Below are positions 47,809-55,516 of a stretch of DNA of 64,000 nucleotides, piece after piece. Position 1 is the stretch's first letter, and each line of letters opens with the position of its first letter. The stretch spans positions 580,271-644,270 of the forward strand of contig CAVQFD010000005.1 in NCBI GenBank assembly GCA_963711795.1, given 5' to 3'. The position numbers and the translations under genes were made by a program. Below the pieces are notes generated by a model. That model made no database searches, was not told where the DNA came from, and saw only the letters and a program-made list of their open reading frames with translations. The DNA comes from an uncultured Acidobacteriota bacterium (GTDB lineage: Bacteria; Acidobacteriota; Vicinamibacteria; Vicinamibacterales; CAVVIG01).

Positions 47809-47897
47809 CAGTTCTTACTTCGCAGTTCTTCGTTCTGACTTCCCGATCCCCGATCCCCGTTCCCTGTTTTTCGTTCTCTGTTCTCTGTTCTCTGTGT
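47809..47897. repeat. Low-complexity pyrimidine-rich heptamer tract
   Basis: 'cagttcttacttcgcagttcttcgttctgacttcc cgatccc cgatccc cgttccc tgttttt cgttctc tgttctc tgttctc tgtgttg', upstream of the response regulator gene. Confidence 0.7.
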
Positions 47898-47948
47898 TGA
47901 TTGGACTGGTATCCCGTGACCGGGTGATGGACGATCTGTGACAAGTTC

Positions 47949-48692
47949 ATGGCAGTGACCAACGAACCTACGCCGCGGGTGCTGATCGTCGAGGACGAGC
48001 CCAACATCAGGGAGCTCGTGCGCTTCCACCTGAGCCACGAGCGCTATGGCTGCGAGACGACGGGCGATGGGCAGGCCGCGCTGAAGCTGGCCGAAGCCGA
48101 GCGCTTCGACCTGATGGTGATCGACCTGATGCTTCCCGGGCTGGACGGCCTGTCGCTGTGCCGCGCGGTTCGCAACGGCACGCTGAACAGCGACGTGCCC
48201 ATCCTGATGCTCACGGCCAAACGCGAGGAATCGGACAAGGTCGTGGGCCTCGAGAGCGGCGCCGACGACTACCTCACCAAGCCGTTCGGTGTCCGGGAGC
48301 TCGTGGCACGCGTCCGTGCACTGCTCAGGCGCCCGCGTGTGTCGGCTGGTGCTGCCCACGCCAAAGCGCCTGCCAGCGAGGGGATCGTCAGGATTCACGG
48401 GATCGAGATCGATGTGCCGCGGCGGCGCGTCCGCGTCGAGGGCCGGGATGTCGAGCTGACGGACCAGGAATTCCGTCTCCTGCACCTGCTGGCGTCGCAT
48501 GCCGGGATCGTGTTCAGCCGGGAGGCGCTGCTCGCGAAAGTCTGGCGGGGCGACACGTTTGTGACGGTGCGGAGCGTGGACACCCTCGTGAAGCGCCTGC
48601 GCCGCCGCATCGAGGCCGACCCGGCCGAGCCCAGGTTCCTGCTGACGGTCTGGGGGGTGGGCTACAAGTTCGCGGATGTCGTCCCCGTATAA
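47949..48692 (+). CDS. OmpR/PhoB-family response regulator
   Basis: The receiver part is 'RVLIVEDEPNIREL...DLMVIDLMLPGLDG...ILMLTAK...DDYLTKPF'. The winged helix is 'LTDQEFRLLHLLASHAGIVFSREALLAKVW...RSVDTLVKRLRRRIE...TVWGVGYKF'. No histidine kinase gene is adjacent. Confidence 0.9.
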   Translation: MAVTNEPTPRVLIVEDEPNIRELVRFHLSHERYGCETTGDGQAALKLAEAERFDLMVIDLMLPGLDGLSLCRAVRNGTLNSDVPILMLTAKREESDKVVGLESGADDYLTKPFGVRELVARVRALLRRPRVSAGAAHAKAPASEGIVRIHGIEIDVPRRRVRVEGRDVELTDQEFRLLHLLASHAGIVFSREALLAKVWRGDTFVTVRSVDTLVKRLRRRIEADPAEPRFLLTVWGVGYKFADVVPV

Positions 48693-48699
48693 TCGGTCG

Positions 48700-49704
48700 A
48701 TGTCGAAAATCCGCGTGCTGTACGTCGGCCTTGGGCCCATCGGGTCCGCGATTGCCCAGCAGATTCACCGGCGCCAGGGCTTCACGGTTGCGGGCGCCGT
48801 AGACGTGGCCGAGTCGATGGTTGGCCGTGACCTCGGCGACGTGGCGGACTTTGGCCGGCGCGTAGGCGTGCGCGTGCAGGCTGATCTCGTAAAGGCGCTC
48901 AAGTCCACCCGGCCAGACGTGGCGATTCTCTGCACGAGTTCATCGCTCAAGAAGGTCCTGCCCCAGATCGAGACCATCCTCAAGTCCAGGACGCCACTGG
49001 TGTCGACCACCGAGGAACTGACGTATCCCGGATACACGAACGTGCGCCAGGCGCGGCAGGTTGATGCATGGGCGAAGAAGGCCAAGGTGGCCGTGCTGGG
49101 CGCAGGGGTGAACCCGGGCTTTGCGATGGATGCCCTGCCAATCCTGCTGACCGCGGTGTGCGAGAAGGTGACCCGCGTCTCGGTGAGCCGCGTCCAGGAC
49201 GCGCGCATTCGGCGCCTGCCGTTCCAGCAGAAGATCGGGGCGGGGCTCACCACGGAGCAGTTTCAGCGCAAGGTGGCGGACGGTTCGGTGCGTCACGTCG
49301 GGCTGACCGAGTCCATCGCCATGATCGCCGACGCCCTCGGCTGGACGCTCGATCGCATCACCGACGACATCAGGCCGAAGCTCGCTGCCGTCACGATTTC
49401 AAGCGAGTACCTCGCCGTCGATCCGGGCTACGTCTCCGGCATCATTCAGGATGGCGTCGGCTACCGGAAGGGCGAGCCCGCCATCCGCCTGCACATGGAG
49501 GCGTACCTCGGCGCGCCGGAGAGCTACGACACCGTGGACATCGAGGGCACCCCTCCCGTATCGATGACGATCGGCGGCGGCATCCACGGCGACATCGCCA
49601 CGGCCTCACTCGTCGTCAACTCCATTCCCAAGGTGCTCGCAGCGCCGCCAGGCCTCCACACAATGCGGAGCCTGCCGCTCCCTTCATTCTTTCCAGGAAG
49701 GTAA
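48700..49704 (+). CDS. DapB-like NAD(P)-binding oxidoreductase (amine dehydrogenase / 2,4-diaminopentanoate dehydrogenase-type family)
   Basis: 'IRVLYVGLGPIGSAIA' is the Rossmann motif. 'LVSTTEELTYP', 'AVLGAGVNPGFAMD' and 'RVQDARIRRLPFQQKIG' fit this family as I remember it. The start is ATG 48700 (MSKIRV). Confidence 0.5.
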   Translation: MSKIRVLYVGLGPIGSAIAQQIHRRQGFTVAGAVDVAESMVGRDLGDVADFGRRVGVRVQADLVKALKSTRPDVAILCTSSSLKKVLPQIETILKSRTPLVSTTEELTYPGYTNVRQARQVDAWAKKAKVAVLGAGVNPGFAMDALPILLTAVCEKVTRVSVSRVQDARIRRLPFQQKIGAGLTTEQFQRKVADGSVRHVGLTESIAMIADALGWTLDRITDDIRPKLAAVTISSEYLAVDPGYVSGIIQDGVGYRKGEPAIRLHMEAYLGAPESYDTVDIEGTPPVSMTIGGGIHGDIATASLVVNSIPKVLAAPPGLHTMRSLPLPSFFPGR

Positions 49705-49714
49705 GGCAGGCTCA

Positions 49715-49875
49715 GGAATTGGGTAACCGAGTAATTGGGTGATTGGGTAATCGGCGAATCGGGTAATTTGGAAATTGAATTGTCACAATTACCGAATCAA
49801 TTCCCAGATTCCCAAATGAATCAATCGTTCAATCGCGCAATTACCAAATTACCCAACTACTCAATTACCCAATTC
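49715..49875. terminator. Long imperfect hairpin built from AATTGGGT-type octamers (candidate terminator)
   Basis: The left arm is 'ggaattgggtaaccgagtaattgggtgattgggtaatcgg...'. The right arm is '...ccaaattacccaactactcaattacccaattc'. The centre is near 49784 ('aattgtcacaatt'). It starts 10 nt after the TAA at 49702-49704. Confidence 0.55.
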
Positions 49876-49920
49876 GATTGATGCATCTTTTAGCGAAGTG
49901 TCCCGAAGTGTGATGCGAGC

Positions 49921-50346
49921 TTGCCTGTCGAGGCCGCCGATGCACCGCCGTCGATTACGTGCGGCCGCTGCGGCCAGTTGATACCGCTGAACGTGTCGGC
50001 GCCGGTACGGGCCGACCAGGCGGTCGACGCCTGTCCAGTGTGCTCGGGTGGAGACTTCTACACGCGGAAGGACTTCGATCCGAAGGTCGGCCTGGCATTC
50101 GTCGTGGCGGGCGCGGCCATCAGCGCCGTCTTCTACTGGTTCGCCATGGACCTCGTCGCATACTCGATCCTCGGAGCCGCGGCGCTCATCGATCTCGTCG
50201 TCTACGGACGGCTGAAGGACCTGACGGTCTGCTACCGCTGCCACACCGAATTCCGCGGCGCGTATCCGAGGACGGCGCCTGCCTTCGATCTCCATACGGC
50301 CGATGTGCTCGAGCAGGAGTACCAGAGGCGCATAGGGCGCAGGTGA
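49921..50346 (+). CDS. Zinc-ribbon membrane protein (hypothetical)
   Basis: 'CGRCGQ...CPVCSGGDF', then two hydrophobic helices ('VGLAFVVAGAAISAVFYWF', 'VAYSILGAAALIDLVVY'), then 'CYRCHTEF'. Confidence 0.5.
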   Translation: MPVEAADAPPSITCGRCGQLIPLNVSAPVRADQAVDACPVCSGGDFYTRKDFDPKVGLAFVVAGAAISAVFYWFAMDLVAYSILGAAALIDLVVYGRLKDLTVCYRCHTEFRGAYPRTAPAFDLHTADVLEQEYQRRIGRR

Positions 50347-50497
50347 ATCGGGTAATCGGGTGATTGGGTAATTGAGTAATCGGCGAATCGGGGAATTTGG
50401 TAATTGGGCGTTGTTGCAACGATTGCGACGATTGCGACGATTGCGACGATTTCGACGATTGCACTGATTGCGACGATTGCCGCGATTGAGACGATTG
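50347..50497. repeat. Left arm of a long inverted repeat: AATCGGGT-type octamers followed by CGACGATTG-type nonamers
   Basis: 'aatcgggt aatcgggt gattgggt aattgagt aatcggcg aatcgggg aatttggt aattgggc' is followed by 'caacgattg cgacgattg cgacgattg cgacgattt cgacgattg cactgattg cgacgattg ccgcgattg agacgattg'. It spans from 1 nt after the TGA at 50344-50346 to the stop of the four-helix-bundle gene. Confidence 0.9.
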
Positions 50498-50875
50498 CTA
50501 CGAGTCCGCTTGTCGGCGGCGGTTGCGGCGCGCGGTGCCGAGCGAGGCTGAGAAGATCGCCAGGATCTGACGCGCCTCGGCCCTCAGTAGTTGAAGGTCG
50601 GATGTGTCGGTCAGCCCGGATTCCGCAATCAGGTCGAGCCATGCGGCTGTTTCGTCCGCTTCCTCAGCAACCAGCCCAATCTTGGCCGTGAACTCGGCAT
50701 GCGACCTGGCGCGGCAGGCCGCGCGGTAGTTCATGTCGACCGAGGTGGCAGATTTTGCCAACTGTCGCTGGATCGTTGGCCCAGGCTCCGTTGAGGGCAA
50801 CCGCTGAATCAGCGCGATAATACCGAGCGCAAACCGCCGGACCCGCTGCTCGAGAAGTTCAGCCTGATCGCCCAT
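50498..50875 (-). CDS. Four-helix-bundle protein (23S rRNA intervening-sequence protein family)
   Basis: 'LEQRVRRFALGIIALIQRLPSTEPGPTIQRQLAKSATSVDMNYRAACRARSHAEFTAKIGLVAEEADETAAWLDLIAESGL' follows the family pattern (F...i..l...lP......i..Ql.rsatSi..N..Ea....S..eF..k...a..E..Et..Wl.l). The proposed start is ATG 50875. Confidence 0.75.
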   Translation of the reverse strand: MGDQAELLEQRVRRFALGIIALIQRLPSTEPGPTIQRQLAKSATSVDMNYRAACRARSHAEFTAKIGLVAEEADETAAWLDLIAESGLTDTSDLQLLRAEARQILAIFSASLGTARRNRRRQADS

Positions 50876-50943
50876 GGGGTTCTCGAGACTCCGTGCCACC
50901 ACCGAGCAATCACCAGGCCGTCGGTTTCAGGTTCTGAATCCTT

Positions 50944-51055
50944 CCAATCGCTCCAATCGTCGCAATCGATTCAATCGTCGCAATCGTTCCGATAGCAACT
51001 ACCCAATTACCCGATGGGCCGATTACCCAATCACCCAATTACGCGATTACCCAAT
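50944..51055. repeat. Right arm of the long inverted repeat (CAATCGTCG nonamers, then ACCCAATT octamers)
   Basis: 'ccaatcgct ccaatcgtcg caatcgatt caatcgtcg caatcgttc' is followed by 'ctacccaa ttacccga tgggccga ttacccaa tcacccaa ttacgcga ttacccaa tt'. Its reverse complement mirrors the architecture of 50347-50497. It abuts the restored moeA stop (51058..51056). Confidence 0.9.
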
Positions 51056-52269
51056 TCAGAAGAGCGTCACCGTGACCATCGCGCTCTCTTCCACCACGCT
51101 CTGAGTCAGAGGGAATCTCGATGTAGCCATCGGCCTGCGAGAGGCTCGTGATGTCGCCCGATGCCTTGAAGGCGGGATGCGCCACGCCGTCGCGTCACGC
51201 GCACGGTGTAGAACTGGTGCCGGCCGGCCTGGGAGACGATGCGCCGGCCGAGCGGGACGCGCGAGCGTGCGCGCGGGCGTAGATCGGCAGGCGCGCCGTG
51301 GCGCGCAGGAACGGCACGAGCAGGATGTAGGCGTTCGACAGGCATGAAGTCGGGTTGCCCGGCATGCCGAAAAACGGCGCGCCGTTGACCAGCGCGAAGC
51401 GCGTGGGCTTGCCGGGCTTGACGGCGATGCCGTGGAAGACAGCTCGACCCCGCTCGGCGATCAGGTCGACCATCAGATCGCGATCGCCGACCGAGCTTCC
51501 GCCCGAGAACACGATGATGTCCGCGTCGGCGCACGCATCGAGCGTGGCGTGCAGCGCGCGAGCGTGTCCTGGGCGGGCCGATGGGCCTCGGGGATGCCGC
51601 CGTGCGCGCGGACGACCGCGCGCGAGCGTGAAGCGGTTGACGTCGTAGATCTGGCCGGGCAGCGAGGGGCTGGCCGGGATCGATGACCTCGTTGCCCGTG
51701 GAGACGAGCGCGACGCGCGGCCGCGCGAACACGTCGACCTCGAGCGCTCCGACCGCCGCGACCGCTCCCAGGCGGCTCGCGTTCAGCGCCTGACCGGCGC
51801 GGACGACGAGATCGCCCGTCACGATGTCGGCTCCCTGCCGTCCGATGTTCTGCCCGGCCCTGGCCGTGGCCGCGATGTCCACGTGATGCTCGTCGACGCG
51901 TCGAGTCTCCTCGACCATCACCACGGCGTCGGCGCCGGCAGGAATCGGCGCGCCCGTGGCGATTTCGGCGCACGACCCTGACAGGACCGTGTAGCCCGAT
52001 GGCTGTCCCGTGAAGATCCGGTCGGCGATCCTGAGGCGCACGGGTGTGTCTGGTGCCGCCGCCGCCACGTCTGCCGCGATGACGGCGTAGCCGTCCATTG
52101 CCGATCGCGCAAACGGCGGCACGTCGACCGGCGAGGCCACGTCGGTTGCAGCCACTCGGCCGCCGGCGTCGGAGAGGACCACCCGTTCGGTTCGCGTGAT
52201 GGGGCGCAGGTGCTCGGTCAGGAGCAGGCGCGCTTCCTCGAGCGAGATCGTTGAAGCAAAAGGCCGCAT
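51056..52269 (-). pseudogene. moeA: Molybdopterin molybdotransferase MoeA, about six frameshifts as assembled
   Basis: The N-terminal 200 aa are intact ('PFARSAMDGYAV', 'IATGAPIPAGADAVVMVEE', 'GQNIGRQGADI', 'VALVSTGNEV'). After that the sensible sequence hops frames: 'PGQIYDVNRFTLAR', 'AVVRAHGGIPE', 'IIVFSGGSSVGDRDLM...GIAVKPGKPT...GMPGNPTSC', 'RHQFYTVRVT', 'DGVAHPAFKASGDITSLSQADGYIEIPSDSER' and 'VEESAMVTVTLF*'. The shifts are near 51662, 51615, 51560, 51285, 51197 and 51090. Confidence 0.75.
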
Positions 52270-52271
52270 GC

Positions 52272-52784
52272 TTACTTCGACGCCTGCTGAACGAGGTGTC
52301 CGAGCTCGGGAAGGAGCAGGCGTTCCATCGCCAGGCGGACCGCCTTCTCCGAACCCGGAAGCGACACGATGATGCGGCCGGCCGTCAGGCCCGCCGTCGC
52401 GCGGCTCAGCATCGCCGCCGGGCCGATGTCCTCGAAGCTCAACATGCGGAACAGCTCGCCGAAGCCGTCCAGGCGTTTCTCGAGCAGGCTGTCGACGGCT
52501 TCGAACGTGCTGTCGCGCGACGTGATGCCGGTGCCACCAGTGAGGATGATGACCTGGGCCCCTGTCGTGCGATCGTGGCCGAGGAGCTGACGCACGGTGT
52601 TCTGCACGCGCAGCGGATCGTCCTTGACGAGTTGGCGGCCGACGATGGTGTGTCCGGCGCCAGTCAACAGATCGACGATGGCCCGGCCGCCCGTGTCGGT
52701 GGCCTCCGTGCGGGTGTCGCTGACGGTGACAACAGCGCAGCGGACCGACGAGGGTGCCGCCGCTTTGTGCTCACGATCGCTCAC
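52272..52784 (-). CDS. moaB: Molybdenum cofactor biosynthesis protein B (MoaB/Mog domain)
   Basis: 'CAVVTVSDTR', 'VIILTGGTGITSRDSTFEAV' and 'AGLTAGRIIVSLPGSEKAV' are MoCF_biosynth domain motifs. It lies directly upstream of moeA. Confidence 0.8.
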   Translation of the reverse strand: MSDREHKAAAPSSVRCAVVTVSDTRTEATDTGGRAIVDLLTGAGHTIVGRQLVKDDPLRVQNTVRQLLGHDRTTGAQVIILTGGTGITSRDSTFEAVDSLLEKRLDGFGELFRMLSFEDIGPAAMLSRATAGLTAGRIIVSLPGSEKAVRLAMERLLLPELGHLVQQASK

Positions 52785-52871
52785 CTCGGTATTCTAAGCG
52801 CGGTCGTTCGAACCAGGCGCGAATGGGCCGGCAGCCCGGTGGTATTGTTGGGCGCGCGACCCCGCGACGCC

Positions 52872-53309
52872 ATGAACCACGCGATTGACCGCACCCGAGT
52901 TCTGCTCGCCGTGCTGCTGTTGGCCTCGCTTGGGCTGCGCGGCAGCCTCCTCTCGATCGCGACAGACCGGCAGTTCCTGGCGAAGAATCCGGGGCCGGAC
53001 GTCATAAGCCGGGAGGCGGCCCGTTATCAGGTGCTCGTGGCCTCGCTGCCGGGCAGCGGGATGGTCGGATATCTGTTGGAGGAAGCCCCGTCCAGCTATG
53101 CGAGCCTGCTGTTCATGCTCGCGCAATATGCCTTGACGCCACGCCTGGTCGTTTCGGGCACTGGTGCTGACTACGTCATTGTGCCGCCCGAGGCCGGAGT
53201 CGCCGATGACGTCGAGCATGGCAAGGTCAGCGAGGATTCGCGGCTTCGCGGCTTCATCCTGTACGAGCGATTTCCGAACGGCATGCGGGTGTTCCGGCGC
53301 TCCCAATGA
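52872..53309 (+). CDS. Hypothetical membrane-anchored protein
   Basis: ATG 52872 gives 'MNHAIDRTRVLLAVLLLASLGLRG...'. It has one N-terminal TM segment. It ends in an ATGA overlap with the next gene. The upstream part of track ORF 52251..53309 is antisense to moaB and was rejected. Confidence 0.45.
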   Translation: MNHAIDRTRVLLAVLLLASLGLRGSLLSIATDRQFLAKNPGPDVISREAARYQVLVASLPGSGMVGYLLEEAPSSYASLLFMLAQYALTPRLVVSGTGADYVIVPPEAGVADDVEHGKVSEDSRLRGFILYERFPNGMRVFRRSQ

Positions 53310-54709
53310 TCCTGCTCGTCGCATTCGCCATCGTGCTGCCTTCCATCGTCATGTACGGCGCCCTTGTGGAGTTCTGGATCCGATCGGACGGCCAACCGCG
53401 CCGGCTCCTCGCGGCGGCGGTGGCGCCGGCACTGGGGATCGGGGCCGCCTCCTGCGTGTACTTCATGCTGCTTTTGGCGTCCCGCGACGCGATGGTTCAG
53501 GCACTGGACGCTGGCCTGTGGCTCCTGGCGGGTGGCTGGTTGTTACTCGAGCGCCGGCGCCGTCCAATGGCGGCTTTGCCGACGGTCCGCACCCCGAGCG
53601 AGTGGCGGCCGCTGCTCGTGCTGACAGCGGGGGCGTGTGCCGCCGCGGTCCTGGCAGCAACCGTGGCCGCCTGGCTGAACGTGACCGTCACGCCTCACGG
53701 CCAATCGGATGCGATCGCCATCTGGAATCTGCGCGCGCGCTCCGTCCTTCGTAGTGCTCCAGACTGGGAACTGGTGTTGTCGCCGGCCATCTCCTGGTCG
53801 CAGCCCGACTACCCGCTGCTCGTCCCGTTGACGGTCGCTCGACTCTGGTCGTATGGCGGCGGCGAGAGCCTGCTCATTCCGCAATCCGTGGCAATGCTGT
53901 TCTTCCTGTCGTCGGTCGTGACCGTCGGCGTTCTGGTCGGCGAGGCTCGAGGGTGGATTGCTGGCCTGATGAGTGCCATGGCAGTCGTTGCGGCCCGAAC
54001 ATTCGTGTTTCAGACCTCCTGCCAGTGTGCCGACGTTCCGCTGGGTTTCTTCGTGCTGGTGGCCATCAGCTTCGCTGTGACGGCGTGCGAACGGACCAAC
54101 CCAGCCCCGTGGCTGGTGGTTGCCGGCGCCGCAGCCGCGCTGGGCGCGTGGACCAAGAACGAAGGGCAGCTGCTGCTGGTGGTGGTGACGCTGTTCGTCC
54201 TCGCTGGTTTCCCGAAGGCGCGGCTTCGGGCCGCCGGTCTCTTCGCGGCCGGGGCGGCATTGCCCTTCGCCGCCGTTGGGCTCTTCAAGCTGCACCTTTC
54301 TCCCCTCGGCGGCTTTTTCGCGCTTCAAACGAGCGAGGCCATCGCCGGCAAGCTCGCGGATCCGGCGAGATGGACGATGGTGCTGTCTCAGATGTGGGCC
54401 CTGACGAAGCAGTGGGGAGGCGGGTCTGTCAATGCCATCGCAGGGGTCGCCGCGGGAGTCGCCCTCGCGGCAAAGATCGACCGCGTGTCCGTTCGGAGCG
54501 CGATGCTGGGTGTGCTGCTCGTCCTCGCGGTGTTGTCTGGCTACACGATGGCCTACGTGATTACGCCGTGGCCGCTCGCCTGGCACATTGCGACGTCGTT
54601 CGAGCGTCTGATCGTTCAGCTCTGGCCGGCAACCGTCTGGGCACTGTTCCAGCTGACGGCACGCGTCGGCCAGAGACGCGACCGGTGTTTGGCGGCAGTG
54701 GCGATGTGA
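53306..54709 (+). CDS. Polytopic membrane protein (GT-C/ArnT-like glycosyltransferase fold suspected)
   Basis: 467 aa with at least 10 hydrophobic helices and an intact frame, translationally coupled (ATGA) to 52872..53309. I recognised no catalytic motif with certainty. Confidence 0.45.
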   Translation: MILLVAFAIVLPSIVMYGALVEFWIRSDGQPRRLLAAAVAPALGIGAASCVYFMLLLASRDAMVQALDAGLWLLAGGWLLLERRRRPMAALPTVRTPSEWRPLLVLTAGACAAAVLAATVAAWLNVTVTPHGQSDAIAIWNLRARSVLRSAPDWELVLSPAISWSQPDYPLLVPLTVARLWSYGGGESLLIPQSVAMLFFLSSVVTVGVLVGEARGWIAGLMSAMAVVAARTFVFQTSCQCADVPLGFFVLVAISFAVTACERTNPAPWLVVAGAAAALGAWTKNEGQLLLVVVTLFVLAGFPKARLRAAGLFAAGAALPFAAVGLFKLHLSPLGGFFALQTSEAIAGKLADPARWTMVLSQMWALTKQWGGGSVNAIAGVAAGVALAAKIDRVSVRSAMLGVLLVLAVLSGYTMAYVITPWPLAWHIATSFERLIVQLWPATVWALFQLTARVGQRRDRCLAAVAM

Positions 54710-54761
54710 GCTAGACTTGATGTTTCGCGCACACGCCGGTGCGTCACGACGGCGGCCCTAA

Positions 54762-54838
54762 GCGCCCTTAGCTCAGTTGGATAGAGCGTCTGGCTACGAA
54801 CCAGGAGGTCGCAAGTTCGAGTCTTGCAGGGCGCACCA
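54762..54838 (+). tRNA. tRNA-Arg (anticodon ACG)
   Basis: Manual cloverleaf: acceptor GCGCCCT/AGGGCGC, D-arm GCTC-AGTTGGATA-GAGC, anticodon arm TCTGG-CTACGAA-CCAGG, variable loop AGGTC, T-arm GCAAG-TTCGAGT-CTTGC, discriminator A and an encoded CCA. Confidence 0.95.
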
Positions 54839-54900
54839 GCCTTCGCTCACGCTTGCTTACGATTCGGCGTGAGCTCCGGCTTGGCAAGCCAGGCGAAGGC
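54839..54900. terminator. Y-shaped structured element immediately after the tRNA (candidate bidirectional terminator)
   Basis: An outer 8-bp stem 'gccttcgc'(54839-46)/'gcgaaggc'(54893-900) encloses the hairpins 'tcacgc...gcgtga' and 'ggct-tggca-agcc'. It lies between the tRNA (+) and the convergent VOC gene stop (54910). Confidence 0.4.
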
Positions 54901-54909
54901 GGACACCAT

Positions 54910-55488
54910 CTACAGCGTGTCGCCCAGGATCCCGGTCGCACCGCGGTAGCGGACATCCGAAATCTGAATCAGCAGGTTGTCAGGATCCCGGAAGAGCAAC
55001 TCCGCTGCAGGACCGCCCTTCCCCGGAGGCACGGACTCCTCGGCGGGCCGCATGTTCAGCGTGACGCGGTGGCCCATCGCTTCCAGCTTCTCCTTGGCAG
55101 CTGCCGGCTCGAAGCTGTCGATGCCGAAGCAGATGTGGTTGAAGTGCGGCGTGATCGTCCGGCCCTGTCTCGAGGGCAGGACCTCGGGGCCGTGCAGGAT
55201 CAGATAGTTGCCGGATGCGGCGAGGGGCAGCACGGCCGTCCCGCCGCCATGCTGCTTGGTCAGCACCGACAGGCCGAACATCTTGGTGTAGAACTCAATC
55301 GACCGCTCGGTGTTCGACACGTAAACGGTCACGTGGTTCAGCGAACGGGCGGGAAACGGCGCACTCGACTGTGCGTTGGCGGTCGCCGCCGATCCCATCA
55401 CGAGAGCCGAGAGTGTCGCCACCAGATCGCGACGCGAGATCCGCCCTGTTTCGTACCCTCCCAGCAGGTTTTCCACGATCGCATCCAT
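54910..55488 (-). CDS. VOC (glyoxalase/bleomycin-resistance/dioxygenase) family protein with a Tat-type signal
   Basis: A twin-arginine-like 'GRISRRDLVATLSALVMGSAATANA' is followed by 'LNHVTVYVSNTERSIEFYTKMFGL' and 'HICFGID', the VOC beta-alpha-beta-beta-beta modules. Confidence 0.7.
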   Translation of the reverse strand: MDAIVENLLGGYETGRISRRDLVATLSALVMGSAATANAQSSAPFPARSLNHVTVYVSNTERSIEFYTKMFGLSVLTKQHGGGTAVLPLAASGNYLILHGPEVLPSRQGRTITPHFNHICFGIDSFEPAAAKEKLEAMGHRVTLNMRPAEESVPPGKGGPAAELLFRDPDNLLIQISDVRYRGATGILGDTL

Positions 55489-55516
55489 ACGCCACCCCTT
55501 CCTGGCGACCCACCCG

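Noticed and set aside
52251-52871. The N-terminal 207 codons of track ORF 52251..53309
   Set aside because: This part is antisense to moaB (which has clear MoCF motifs) and has low-complexity R/A/D/E content. The hydrophobic membrane anchor starts at the internal ATG 52872.
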